64,000 nucleotides of DNA from contig CBDATQ010000001.1 in NCBI GenBank assembly GCA_965199955.1, positions 736,001 through 800,000 on the forward strand. Reading direction: 5' to 3'. Positions 47,780 through 57,356 of this stretch are shown piece by piece. Each line of letters opens with the position of its first letter. Position 1 is the first letter of the stretch. The notes below the pieces were generated by a model that did not search any database, had not been told where the DNA came from, and worked only from the letters and a program-made list of their open reading frames with translations. The position numbers were made by a program, and so were the translations under genes. This DNA comes from Spirochaetia bacterium (GTDB lineage Bacteria > Spirochaetota > Spirochaetia > SZUA-6 > Bin103).

Positions 47780-49350
47780 GAGGCGAGCCTCCCGATCTCC
47801 TCCTCCGCAAGGGCGCGGCGGTACAGGCGCAGGTCGCGAATCCTGCCGTTGAAGGTGTCGATGGCTCCGGCGCCGATTCGCAGCGGCTGGTCCGTCGAGA
47901 CGTCGAAGGCGGAGCCGTCGAACGCCGTCGAGGTCGCGACGCGGCTGCCGTCGACGTGGAGCTCGAGCCGTCCTCCCCTGCGCACGGCGGCCAGGCGGCG
48001 CCAGCCGGGCTCCAACTCGTGATCGTGGGTGACGTTGGCGCCCGCCTGCAGGGCACAGACGAGTCCCGAGGGGAGGGTGCCGGCGAACAGCCGGCCGCGG
48101 TAGACGGCCATCGACCAGACGCGGCGATACTTCACGTCGGGGGTGGTGTCGAGCTGTCCCGTGAGGGTCCAGGTGTCGCCGCCGTCATAGCGGTAGACTT
48201 GGCCCAGCGGCAGGGTGCCGGCGTAGAGCTTTCCGTTGAAGACGGCCATGGCCATGACCTCCAGCTCGTCGCCGAGGCGGCCGACGCAGGTCCAGGGGTC
48301 CGTGCCGTCGTCGCGGAAGACCTTGCCCTCCGGCCAGGTGCCGGCGTGCAGTTTCCCGTCGTGGGCGGCGAACGAGTAGACCTGGGAGACGCCCTCCTGG
48401 CCTCCGGCGTGCACCCAGTGGCTGCCGTCGGCGTAGCGGAACACGCCGCCCGACTCCCCGCCCTCGTTGCCCGCTCCGTAGAGGTGCCCGTTGAAGACCC
48501 CGAGCGACATCATGCGGCGGCCGGGGGTGCCGCAGTGCTCCCAGCGGTCGCCCCCCTGGTAGCGGAACACGCCCTGGCTGTAGAGCGGGATGGCGTAGAG
48601 CTCGCCCCGGTAGACGGCCATGCCGGCGCACGAGTCGGCGCCCTCCATGCGGCCGACGCTCACCCACTCGGAGCCGCCCGCGTAGCGGTACAGGGCGCCG
48701 CCGGGGGTGCGGTTCTCCGACTCCGGCAGCGCCGAGCCGCCGGCCCTATAGCACGACGTGCCGGCGTAGAGGCCGCCGTTGAAGACGCACAGGGAGGCCA
48801 CGGTGTTGGCGGCGTCCGGGCTCCCGCACGGCTCCCAGCCGGCCTGGCCGTCGTAGCGGTAGACGCCGCCGGCCTCGTCGGCGCCGGTCTCGAAGGTGCC
48901 GGCGTAGAGGTCGCCCCGAAAGACGCACAGGGAATAGACGCGCAGGTTGTTGCCCGGGCGGCCGCAGTCGGCCCATGCGCCTTCGCTGCCGGCGTCGATC
49001 CCGAAGTGGAGGTGGCGGTAGTTGGCCTGGGCGGCGGTCACGCCGGCGTTGTTGAGCAGGCTGAGCTGGAAGCCGGTCCGGGTACCGGGGGCGTAGCGGC
49101 TGACGATGTCGCCCGGCACGTCGTCGAGAACGGCGTCCGTGTGGATCCGGACGGCAAGGGTGAAGTCGCCCGTCCCCAGGTCCAGGCCGGCCGACGGGGG
49201 AACCAGGACGTGGGCGCCGCGGCCGTCGAGGACGGCGCCGCCGGCCGTGAGGTCAGCGCCCTGGTTCCGGCCGTGGTGGCCGTTTCCAGAGTGATCACGG
49301 CAGTCGCCCGCGAGCGGCCAGTGCGCGAGCAGGCGTGTATCGGTGCCCAT
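47776..49350 (-). CDS. LamG-like jelly-roll protein with inserted 7-repeat beta-propeller
   Basis: LAHWPL..D.SGNG.HG...DFTL at the N-terminus and W..LAAVR...LHVDG...LRIG...FNG.I.DLRLYRRAL at the C-terminus flank seven (S/M)xV(F/Y)xGxLYAG repeats. Start may be slightly upstream. Confidence 0.8.
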   Translation of the reverse strand: MGTDTRLLAHWPLAGDCRDHSGNGHHGRNQGADLTAGGAVLDGRGAHVLVPPSAGLDLGTGDFTLAVRIHTDAVLDDVPGDIVSRYAPGTRTGFQLSLLNNAGVTAAQANYRHLHFGIDAGSEGAWADCGRPGNNLRVYSLCVFRGDLYAGTFETGADEAGGVYRYDGQAGWEPCGSPDAANTVASLCVFNGGLYAGTSCYRAGGSALPESENRTPGGALYRYAGGSEWVSVGRMEGADSCAGMAVYRGELYAIPLYSQGVFRYQGGDRWEHCGTPGRRMMSLGVFNGHLYGAGNEGGESGGVFRYADGSHWVHAGGQEGVSQVYSFAAHDGKLHAGTWPEGKVFRDDGTDPWTCVGRLGDELEVMAMAVFNGKLYAGTLPLGQVYRYDGGDTWTLTGQLDTTPDVKYRRVWSMAVYRGRLFAGTLPSGLVCALQAGANVTHDHELEPGWRRLAAVRRGGRLELHVDGSRVATSTAFDGSAFDVSTDQPLRIGAGAIDTFNGRIRDLRLYRRALAEEEIGRLAS

Positions 49351-49448
49351 CGGTATCCTGCCCGGCACCATAGGTCGCTCGGGGCGGGCCGTCAAAACAG
49401 GGGCGGCTCAAGCAGCCCCCGGCGGGCTCGACTACAATCGAAGTTGCC

Positions 49449-50561
49449 ATGATCGACTATCGAGAGCTCGGAGCGCGTACCCTGATCAACGCCAGCGGCA
49501 CCATCACCACGCTCGGCGGCAGCCTTATGCCCGCGGAGGTGCTGGAGGCGATGCGCGCGGCGGCCGGCGCGTACGTCGATCTGCCGGACCTGCTGGTCAA
49601 GTCGGGCGAGTACCTGGCGCGGCGCATCGGCGTGCCGGCGGCGTTCGTCTCCTGCGGCGCGGCGAGCGGCATGCAGCTCGCCGCCGCGGGCTGTCTGACC
49701 GGTACCGACGTCGAGCGGGTGCGGGCACTGCCCAACACGTCCGGATGGGCCAACGAGTTCGTGATCGGCAGCGTCGATCCGCACTTCTACATCCACCAGG
49801 GCATCGAGGCGTGCGGCGGCACGCTGGTTCGCGTGGGCACCAGCGCCGCCCTCGGTACCGAGGAGATGGTCGACGCCATCGGCAGCCGCACGGCCGCCGT
49901 CGTCTTCTTCCTCGGCAGCCAGCCCATCGAACAGCTCGCCGAGGTGGCGAGCGGAGCCGCCGAGCGCGGCGTGCCGGTCATCGTCGACGCCGCCGCGCAG
50001 TTGCCGCCGCGCTCCAACCTGACCGAGCTCGTCGCCGAGGGCGCGTCGCTGGCCGTGTTCAGCGGCGGCAAGGGGCTTCGGGGTCCGCAGTGCACGGGCC
50101 TGGTGGTCGGCACGCCCGAGCTGGTCGCCGCCGTGCGATTGAACTCCAGTCCCGAGAGCGGCATCGGCCGGGCGATGAAGGTGGGAAAGGAAGAGATCAT
50201 GGGGCTGCTGGCGGCGGTGGATCGGTTCCTGGCCTCCAGCGACGAGGAGGACGTGGCGCGCTGGCAGGCGCAGGCAGCGCACATCGCCGACACCCTCGTC
50301 GCGGCCTCCGCCGCCCCGGAAGCCGCGGTGTCGATCACGGGCAGGGGGCAGCGCGCGTTTCCGGACGTGGCACCGCGCCTTCACGTCGAGCTCGATCCCG
50401 AACAGGCGGCCGCCGTCGTGGAGGAGCTGTGGAACGGCGATCCGTGCATCGCCATGCGGCAGAGCGGGAACGGCGTGGTCGTCGACCCGATGACGCTGGA
50501 GCCGGGCGAGGAGCGGATCGTCGCGGCGCGCCTGCGCGCTGCCTTGGAGATGCGTGCCTGA
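49449..50561 (+). CDS. SelA-like PLP-dependent enzyme (D-glucosaminate-6-phosphate ammonia-lyase/DgaE-like)
   Basis: INASGT.T.LGGS; IVDAAAQ; FSGGKGLRGPQ; IGRAMKVGKEEI. Confidence 0.85.
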   Translation: MIDYRELGARTLINASGTITTLGGSLMPAEVLEAMRAAAGAYVDLPDLLVKSGEYLARRIGVPAAFVSCGAASGMQLAAAGCLTGTDVERVRALPNTSGWANEFVIGSVDPHFYIHQGIEACGGTLVRVGTSAALGTEEMVDAIGSRTAAVVFFLGSQPIEQLAEVASGAAERGVPVIVDAAAQLPPRSNLTELVAEGASLAVFSGGKGLRGPQCTGLVVGTPELVAAVRLNSSPESGIGRAMKVGKEEIMGLLAAVDRFLASSDEEDVARWQAQAAHIADTLVAASAAPEAAVSITGRGQRAFPDVAPRLHVELDPEQAAAVVEELWNGDPCIAMRQSGNGVVVDPMTLEPGEERIVAARLRAALEMRA

Positions 50562-50567
50562 AGCCGG

Positions 50568-51308
50568 TCAGCGGGCGGCAGCGCTTCTCATCGGCTCCAG
50601 GCTGAGCAGCTTGCGCCGCACGGAGGTCGTGCACCGGTCCGCGATGCTCGCGTAGTCGTCCCTGTTCGCGTTTTTCTCGCTCCACTTCTCGTAGATGAGG
50701 ATGATCGACTTCCGCGCCTGGCCGGTCCTGTTGACCATCGAGGTGTGCCATCCATAGGAGTTGAACAGCACGGCGTCGCCCGCCTTGCCGGCGAAGACCC
50801 GGTGGCCGGGCATCGTCTCCAGCGGCCGGGCATTGGGGCACTCGCCGGCGTCCGGCTTGTGGCTTCCCGGCACATAGCCGAATGCGCCGCCGTCGGCGGG
50901 AACGTCGTCGACGTAGATCTGCACCTTCATGTGCAGGGGGTAGGAGTGCGGGACGTCCGCGTGCCAGCGGAGGTAGCTGACCGGCTGCGCGGGCAGGGTC
51001 CGCACCTGCGGCGCGAGCAGCAGCAGCTTGTCGTCGGCGAAGTCCATCAGGTAGGGGTACCAGGAAGGGTGGTCGATCAGGTCGATGAAGGCGTCGTCCT
51101 TCTCGAACGGATTCTCGATGTCGAAGAACCCGCCCGGTCGCGTGCCCTGTGCAATGCCTTCCAGCCATTGCGCCTTTTCCTCGCGCACGCAGCGGTCGAA
51201 GGCCCGCTGCAGGCGAGTCAGCTCGGCGCCGGCCATGGCTCCCTCCAGGAACAGGTAGCCGTTCTCCTCCCAGAAGCGTCGCTCGCCGTCGGTCGGGTTC
51301 TGAGCCAT
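50568..51308 (-). CDS. PhyH-family dioxygenase
   Basis: FWEENGYL; WHAD; GAFGYVPGSHK; AGDAVLFN...WH; start ATG 51308. Confidence 0.88.
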   Translation of the reverse strand: MAQNPTDGERRFWEENGYLFLEGAMAGAELTRLQRAFDRCVREEKAQWLEGIAQGTRPGGFFDIENPFEKDDAFIDLIDHPSWYPYLMDFADDKLLLLAPQVRTLPAQPVSYLRWHADVPHSYPLHMKVQIYVDDVPADGGAFGYVPGSHKPDAGECPNARPLETMPGHRVFAGKAGDAVLFNSYGWHTSMVNRTGQARKSIILIYEKWSEKNANRDDYASIADRCTTSVRRKLLSLEPMRSAAAR

Positions 51309-51393
51309 CGCGGGTACGCACCGTAGCGTAGCACGGCCGGCCCGCGGCGCGTCGATTGCCGGCGCCCGCGCCCGGCAGGCAGGATTCCGGGAC

Positions 51394-52251
51394 ATGGACC
51401 CGACGACCGCACGCGGTGCCGAGCTGAACCGGCAACTCGTCCGTGACGGCTACTGCCACGTCCCCGGGGTGGCGCCGTCGGACCTGATCGAGCGGGTGCG
51501 GGCATTCGCCGACGGCGCCGCCGACCGCTTGTCCGACGCGCAGAAGGAGCGGACCCGGTTCCAGGGTTCGATGATCCAGGTGAAGGAACACGAGGAGATG
51601 CTGCCGCTGATCGTGCTGCCGGCGGCGCGCGCGGTGTTGGCCGGGATGGGCTATTCCGGCGCGCGCTTCATGTCCGGCTACATCATCAGCAAGCCACCGC
51701 TGGTGGCTCCGCCGCTGTTCTGGCACCAGGACGGCATCGTCTGGGACGACCCGACCAGCTACACCGACCAGCCGGTGCAGGTGTTCCTGATGTACTACCT
51801 GATCGACACCAACCGGCGGAACGGCTGCCTGCGGGTCATCCCGGGCTCGCATCGCCGACGTCATCGGCTGCACGGCCTGCCGCCGGCCCATGGCGAGGAC
51901 CTGGCACACGCCGGGGAGCATCATCCCGCGCTGCAGCCCGACCCGGACGAGATGGACGTGCCGGTCCGCGCGGGCGACGTGGTGATCGGCGACGCGCGCC
52001 TGCTGCACTCCGCTCACCCGAACGCCTCGGGACAGCGCCGCACCGTCATCACGCTGTGGTTTCTGCCGACCTGGCCGGACCTCCCCGAGCGCCTGCATGC
52101 GTTCTACGGCAGCCGCAACGTCCTGGAAGGAAGGCCCGCGGGCTGGAGCGACGCCGGCTGGCGCGCGCTGCGCGGCGTGCTCGCCTGGTACGACGGCCCG
52201 GTGGAACCCGAGGAGGTCAGCCGGACCCCGGACGCTCGCCTCACCTCCTGA
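51394..52251 (+). CDS. PhyH-family dioxygenase
   Basis: RDGY; WHQD; NGCLRVIPGSH; AGDVVIGDARLLH; RR. Confidence 0.9.
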   Translation: MDPTTARGAELNRQLVRDGYCHVPGVAPSDLIERVRAFADGAADRLSDAQKERTRFQGSMIQVKEHEEMLPLIVLPAARAVLAGMGYSGARFMSGYIISKPPLVAPPLFWHQDGIVWDDPTSYTDQPVQVFLMYYLIDTNRRNGCLRVIPGSHRRRHRLHGLPPAHGEDLAHAGEHHPALQPDPDEMDVPVRAGDVVIGDARLLHSAHPNASGQRRTVITLWFLPTWPDLPERLHAFYGSRNVLEGRPAGWSDAGWRALRGVLAWYDGPVEPEEVSRTPDARLTS

Positions 52252-52297
52252 CGGTTCTTGCCGCGCGGTGAGCGGCGTGGTACGACAACCGGTCAAG

Positions 52298-53485
52298 ATG
52301 GCTACCGCTTACGAACCTCTGTCGGATGTCCGTCGCAACCTCAGAGTGGCGTGGTACCGCAGCCCGATCGAGCCGGCCACGCTCAGGCGGCTGATGCAGC
52401 GCAGCGACCTGCAGGGATGGCTGCAGTCCGGCGGCCACCTGCTCCTGTACCTGGCGCTCGGCGCCCTGGCGTTCCGGCTGTGGGCCGCTCAGGCGTGGGT
52501 GGCCTTCGCCTTCGCGCTGTTCGCCCATGGCACGGTGGCGAGCTTCATCCGCGGCGTCGCCCCGCACGAGCTCGCGCACGGCACGGTGTTCCGCACCAAG
52601 TGGCTGAACCACGTGTTCCTCTACGTCTACAGCGTGCTGAGCTGGTGGGACCCGTACGACTACGGCACCAGCCATACGTACCACCACCGCTACACGCTGT
52701 ACCCGGAGGGTGACCGGGAGAACCTGCTGCCGCTCAACCCCAAGGTCGGCGGTCCGTGGTTCCTGATCCAGATCTTCACCGTGAACCTGACCGGCCGTCC
52801 CGGCCGCACGTTCGGCAAGGGAGGCCTGATCTCCACGCTCGTGGTCACCTTCATGTCGGCGATCGGCAAGGTCGGCTACGTCCGCATGCCGGCCGGCGAG
52901 TGGGTCAGCGCCCTGCATTCAGACCAGCCGGCCGAGGCGCGCAAGTCGATGTGGTTCTCGCGCGTGCAGCTCGCCTTCCACGGCGCTGTGGCGGTCTACG
53001 GGATCGTCTCCGGGTACTGGATCCTGCCGATCCTGGTCGGCGTGGCGCCGCACATCGGCAACTGGCTGGTGTACCTGTGCGGCCTGCCCCAGCACTGCGG
53101 CCTGCGCGACAACGTCGCCGACTTCCGCAAGTCGACGCGTTCGATGAAGCTCGATCCGCTTTCGACCTTCCTCTACTGGCGGATGAACTGGCACGCCGAG
53201 CACCACATGTACGCCGGGGTGCCGTGCTACAACCTCAGGAAGCTGGCGCGTGAGATCGCGCACGACATGCCGGAGCCGCGCACCCTGTGGGGGGCGTGGC
53301 GGGAGATGCGCGAGGTCTGGAAGCGGCAGCAGACCGACCCCGGCTACCAGTTCGACACCCCGCTGCCTGACGAGGTGGCCCCGTCGGATGCGCGGGACGG
53401 TCGTCCCGACCAGCCGGACGACCTGGAAGCCTCCATAGGCGACTTGGCACCGCAGGGGCTGCAGACGGCTCCCGAGCAGCGGTAG
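52298..53485 (+). CDS. Fatty-acid-desaturase-superfamily membrane di-iron oxygenase (MocD-like)
   Basis: His boxes HELAH, HTYHH, HAEHH; WYRSPI...[27 protein letters not shown]. Confidence 0.85.
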   Translation: MATAYEPLSDVRRNLRVAWYRSPIEPATLRRLMQRSDLQGWLQSGGHLLLYLALGALAFRLWAAQAWVAFAFALFAHGTVASFIRGVAPHELAHGTVFRTKWLNHVFLYVYSVLSWWDPYDYGTSHTYHHRYTLYPEGDRENLLPLNPKVGGPWFLIQIFTVNLTGRPGRTFGKGGLISTLVVTFMSAIGKVGYVRMPAGEWVSALHSDQPAEARKSMWFSRVQLAFHGAVAVYGIVSGYWILPILVGVAPHIGNWLVYLCGLPQHCGLRDNVADFRKSTRSMKLDPLSTFLYWRMNWHAEHHMYAGVPCYNLRKLAREIAHDMPEPRTLWGAWREMREVWKRQQTDPGYQFDTPLPDEVAPSDARDGRPDQPDDLEASIGDLAPQGLQTAPEQR

Positions 53486-53490
53486 GGCGG

Positions 53491-54384
53491 ATGGCGGTCG
53501 CGGAGCGCGACGGTCGGCCCGCCGGCGGGGCCGGTTCGCTGGCCGGCACGGCTTCCCTTGAGGGGAAGTACGCGCTGGTCACCGGCAGCACGCAGGGGCT
53601 CGGCGCAGCCACCGCGCGGGCGTTCGCGGAGCGCGGCGCGGCGGGGGTGGTGGTGACCGGCCGTGACGCCGAGCGGGGAGAGGCGGTCGCGAGCGAGCTT
53701 GCCGGTCTGGGCTGCGACGCGCGCTTCGTGGCGGGCGACCTCGCCTGCCTGGATGACTGCCGGAACCTGGTGGCGGCCGCCGACCGCGCTTTCGGCACGC
53801 TGCATGTCCTGGTCAACGCCGCCGCCTTCACCGAGCGCTCCACGATCTGGGACACGACGCCGGAGTTCTACGAGCGGGTGATGAGCATCAACGTGCGCGC
53901 GCCATTCTTCCTGACGCAGGAGGCGGTCAAGGTGATGCAGCGCGAGGGCGTGGCCGGATCGATCGTCAACGTGTCGAGCGTGGCCGCGCACGGCGGCGAG
54001 CCCATGCTCTGCCCGTACTCGATCTCCAAGGCGGCGCTGAACGCGATGACCAAGAATGTCGCCTACTCCGTGATGCGCCACCGCATCCGCGTGAACGCCC
54101 TCAACCTCGGCTGGATGGACACGCCGGGCGAGGACGCGATCCAGCGTCGCTATCACACGGACGGCGGCGACTGGCTGGCCGCCGCCGAGGCCGCGCAGCC
54201 GTTCGGGCGGCTGATCAAGCCGGCCGAGGTGGCCCGCACCATCGCCTACCTGGCCTCGGAGGAGTCCGGCGTGATGACCGGGGCGCTGATCGACTACGAC
54301 CAGTCCGTGTTCGGCGCCGGCCGTCAGCCGATCCCGCCCCCGATGGACCAGTGGCCGTCGGTCGCGGGCGTGTCCTTCGCCTAG
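53491..54384 (+). CDS. Short-chain dehydrogenase/reductase
   Basis: [24 protein letters not shown] (YxxxK). Confidence 0.92.
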   Translation: MAVAERDGRPAGGAGSLAGTASLEGKYALVTGSTQGLGAATARAFAERGAAGVVVTGRDAERGEAVASELAGLGCDARFVAGDLACLDDCRNLVAAADRAFGTLHVLVNAAAFTERSTIWDTTPEFYERVMSINVRAPFFLTQEAVKVMQREGVAGSIVNVSSVAAHGGEPMLCPYSISKAALNAMTKNVAYSVMRHRIRVNALNLGWMDTPGEDAIQRRYHTDGGDWLAAAEAAQPFGRLIKPAEVARTIAYLASEESGVMTGALIDYDQSVFGAGRQPIPPPMDQWPSVAGVSFA

Positions 54385-54408
54385 CGCACGGTGTCGACAC
54401 GGCGCTGG

Positions 54409-57231
54409 TCAGTCGGCCAGCAGCAGGGTGTAGAGACGGAGCGGGAGGTTCGCCGACAGGAACGCACGCCAGGTCGACGGGTCGCCGGCCGTGCGCAGAG
54501 GCACGTCCAGACCGCCGGCGACCGCCAGCGGCAGGTCGATCAGCGAGGTGAGGCCGGCGCTCAGCTCGATCCCGGCATGTGGGCTCCACTCGCGGCCGTC
54601 GGCGAGTTCCGGGAACTCCGTGAAGCGGTTCTCGGCCTCGATGTAGAGCGCGGCGGTGAGGCTGCGGAACACCACCAGGTCCAGGAGCCGGTCCTCGCGC
54701 CCGCCGACCAGCGGGACCAGCAGGTCCAGGCCGCCGTACGCGCGCGCAGCTGCCGGCCCGCCCGCGCGGCTGCCGCCGCCGGCGCGTAGCCGGCTCTCCA
54801 CCCCTTCGGCCGGCGCGGTGCCGATCCCGAACAGTCGCCAGTCGGCGCCCAGGTCCACGCTCGGCACCACATACACGCGCGGGACGATCCGGAGCGGCAC
54901 TGCCGCCGACAGGCTCGATTGCAGCGACCAGGTGCCGTCGCCCGGCAGCACCGTGAACCGCTGCCGCAGCGATGCGAAATGAGGAAAGGGTCCCGGCAGC
55001 TTCACCGAGTCGAGTCCGAGCCACGGCTCCAGCGCCGGGCGCTGATCGGCGTCCAGCCCGGCCGCCAATGACAGGCCGCTGTCGTAGTAGGTGGGGCGGG
55101 TGCCCACTTCCAGCGGCATGCGCAGCGGCTGCCGGAATGCAAGTGAGCCGCTCCAGTCTTCCGTGCCGTACCACGTGAACAGCCCACCGGCGCGCGCCCC
55201 ACGCGGCAGCGACAGCTCCGCTGCGGCATAGGCCCCCGGCACCACTGCCGGTGCCGTGGTGAACCACCTGACGGGATCACCCGGCGTTATCCGGGCGGCC
55301 GCCCCCGCACTCAGCCCGTACGACACCATCCCGGTCGACCAGTAGCCGACGCCGCCCCCCAGGCGCAGCGTGTCCGGAGACAGCTCGAACAGGCGCAGGT
55401 CGATGCCCACCAGGTCCGCCTCGTGCCGGCTGTGCTGGCGCACCACCCAGCTCAGCCTGCGCGGGTAGTGGTTGTTCTTTCGGTCGACGTCCAGCGTGTA
55501 CCAGGCCGGGTCGACCTCGACGCTTCGCACGCGGCCGGCGACCTCCAGCACCTCCGTGCCTCGCACCGTGAAGTCGAGCGTCCGTTCGCCTTCGCCGACA
55601 CGCTCCACGACGACCCGCACCGGGGCGGTCAGGCCGCTGTCGAGGAGGTCCCGGATCGTGATCCTGGCCACGTCCCCCTCGTGTGCCACGCCGGCCACGG
55701 CGTAGTCGGGATAGCGGCCGGTGGTCAGCACCTGCTCGCCGGCGCTCCGCATGCCCGGCCGGCGCTCCTCCAGGTGGGCGAGGAAGCGCTCGGTGTCGAC
55801 GAACCGGTGGCGGTACCGGCGGGCGTACTCGCCCAGTGCCTCGTCGAAGGCGTCCTTGCCCATCTCGGTGGCGAGCTGGCGCACGGCCAGCGCGCCCTTG
55901 TCGTAGATGACGGCCGTCAATCCGTTCTGGTTCCGGGCGTCCACGTCGCTCGCCACCGGGAAGTCGAAGCCCGCCTTGCGCAGCGCGTGGAACCGGGTCA
56001 CCAGCCGCTCGCGGAAGCTGTGGTAGCCCAGCAGGCGGCGGGCGATCGTACCCGCCGCGCCGGCGTCGCCGGGGAACAGGTTGTCGTCCGCGCCGTACTT
56101 CCGCTCCAGGTAGTCCAGGGTCACGTACTGGGTCAGCGATTCGCTGAGCCAGTTGTCGCTGATGAAGTCCACGGCCGTGCCGATGCCGAAGTAGAAGTGC
56201 CCGATCTCGTGCGCGACCAGGAACTCCAGCACGCGGTCCCAGAGGGCTCGCGCCGGCACGTCGGCGTTGAACGCGCCGCTGCCCAGCATCACGAAGGCGT
56301 CGGCCGCCATGCCCCAGGCGCCGGGCCGCACTCCCTCGACGATGGTGACGCGGCGATAGTCCAGCGGCCCGAGGACGGCGGCGTAGTGGTTCAGCGCCTC
56401 GGCGGCGTAGCCGGCGAGCTTGCGCGCCTGGCGCTCGTGGCCGGGGCGATGGAACAGGCGCACCTCCGCGTGCGCGGATGCGGTCTCGACGAGCCGGAAG
56501 CGGTCCTCGGGAAAGATGGTCAGGGGTATGGTGACTGCCGGCGTCCGGCTCTCGATCACGTAGGCGGTACCGTCCTCCACGGGCGAGGAGCGCTCGTCGT
56601 GCGAGATCACCCGGTAGCCGGGCGGGACGACGAGGCGCACGCGGTAGCCGTGGATCGGCGGCAGCGTGTACTGGTCCGGATCGGGATAGAGACGCGGATA
56701 CCAGGCGAAGCGCTGCACGAACACGCCGTCGAGGCTGGTGAGGTCTCCGGCGCGCAGGGCAGGCAGGCGAGTCCGGAACGTGACGGTGAGCCGGTAGCGG
56801 TCGCGCGGCGGCAGCCGCAGCCGCACCGCCAGCCCGGGTATGGGATAGGTGAACTGGCGGCGGCCCGCCAGCGGGAGCGCCTCGAACGGCACCTCGGCGC
56901 CGTGCGCGTCGACGATACGGGTGATGCGCGTGTAGCCGGCCTCGAACCCGGCCTGGTAGCTGGCGTCTTCGATCAACGGGTTGGCGTGGGGGTTGGGGAT
57001 GGCGCCGGCGTTGTTGAGCAGTGCCAGTACCGCCGCCTTGCCGCCCGCGAAGTCGGCCATCTCGGAGCGGCTGAAGGAGATCACCTGCGTTCCGGCGACC
57101 ACCGACTCCACCGGGTCGTACGTCAGGTCGAACTCGTAGTCGACGGCCGCGAGTGGCGCCGGCTGCAGCAGGGCAGCGGCGGCCAGCGCCAAGGCGGCGG
57201 CGCCGAAAGGGTTCAAGGGCTTCCTCATCAC
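54409..57231 (-). CDS. Secreted M1/gluzincin-type metallopeptidase with long beta-rich C-terminal extension
   Basis: Signal peptide; HEIGH followed by WLSES; YDKG; VDP...LD....NN; C-terminal ~330 aa of alternating hydrophobic strands. Confidence 0.8.
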   Translation of the reverse strand: MMRKPLNPFGAAALALAAAALLQPAPLAAVDYEFDLTYDPVESVVAGTQVISFSRSEMADFAGGKAAVLALLNNAGAIPNPHANPLIEDASYQAGFEAGYTRITRIVDAHGAEVPFEALPLAGRRQFTYPIPGLAVRLRLPPRDRYRLTVTFRTRLPALRAGDLTSLDGVFVQRFAWYPRLYPDPDQYTLPPIHGYRVRLVVPPGYRVISHDERSSPVEDGTAYVIESRTPAVTIPLTIFPEDRFRLVETASAHAEVRLFHRPGHERQARKLAGYAAEALNHYAAVLGPLDYRRVTIVEGVRPGAWGMAADAFVMLGSGAFNADVPARALWDRVLEFLVAHEIGHFYFGIGTAVDFISDNWLSESLTQYVTLDYLERKYGADDNLFPGDAGAAGTIARRLLGYHSFRERLVTRFHALRKAGFDFPVASDVDARNQNGLTAVIYDKGALAVRQLATEMGKDAFDEALGEYARRYRHRFVDTERFLAHLEERRPGMRSAGEQVLTTGRYPDYAVAGVAHEGDVARITIRDLLDSGLTAPVRVVVERVGEGERTLDFTVRGTEVLEVAGRVRSVEVDPAWYTLDVDRKNNHYPRRLSWVVRQHSRHEADLVGIDLRLFELSPDTLRLGGGVGYWSTGMVSYGLSAGAAARITPGDPVRWFTTAPAVVPGAYAAAELSLPRGARAGGLFTWYGTEDWSGSLAFRQPLRMPLEVGTRPTYYDSGLSLAAGLDADQRPALEPWLGLDSVKLPGPFPHFASLRQRFTVLPGDGTWSLQSSLSAAVPLRIVPRVYVVPSVDLGADWRLFGIGTAPAEGVESRLRAGGGSRAGGPAAARAYGGLDLLVPLVGGREDRLLDLVVFRSLTAALYIEAENRFTEFPELADGREWSPHAGIELSAGLTSLIDLPLAVAGGLDVPLRTAGDPSTWRAFLSANLPLRLYTLLLAD

Positions 57232-57244
57232 GGCGACTCTGGTC

Positions 57245-57350
57245 GTGCCATTGGCTGGCGAGCGACTGGAACCACGACACCGCGCCCATCGGCTCTCGGG
57301 TGACCTGTCACCGTACTGGGAGTGTCACATCGAACCGGACTGGCTACTGT
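57245..57350 (+). pseudogene. yafQ: YafQ-type (RelE superfamily) toxin internal fragment
   Basis: LAGERLEPRHRAHRLSGDLSPYWECHIEPDWLL matches the YafQ H.L.G.....ECHI.PDWLL motif; both ends missing. Confidence 0.7.
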
Positions 57351-57356
57351 CAGGAT

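Larger units (their letters stand above)
44705..47909. repeat. Diverged direct repeat: ~44705-45773 and ~46842-47909 (offset 2136 bp)
   Basis: Each copy carries the amidohydrolase gene plus the last ~135 bp of the LamG gene; frequent substitutions between copies. Confidence 0.92.

Noticed and set aside
49449..50561. Selenocysteine synthase selA
   Set aside because: Short SelA-like form with the GRxMKVGKEE motif; no selB, selC or selD nearby.
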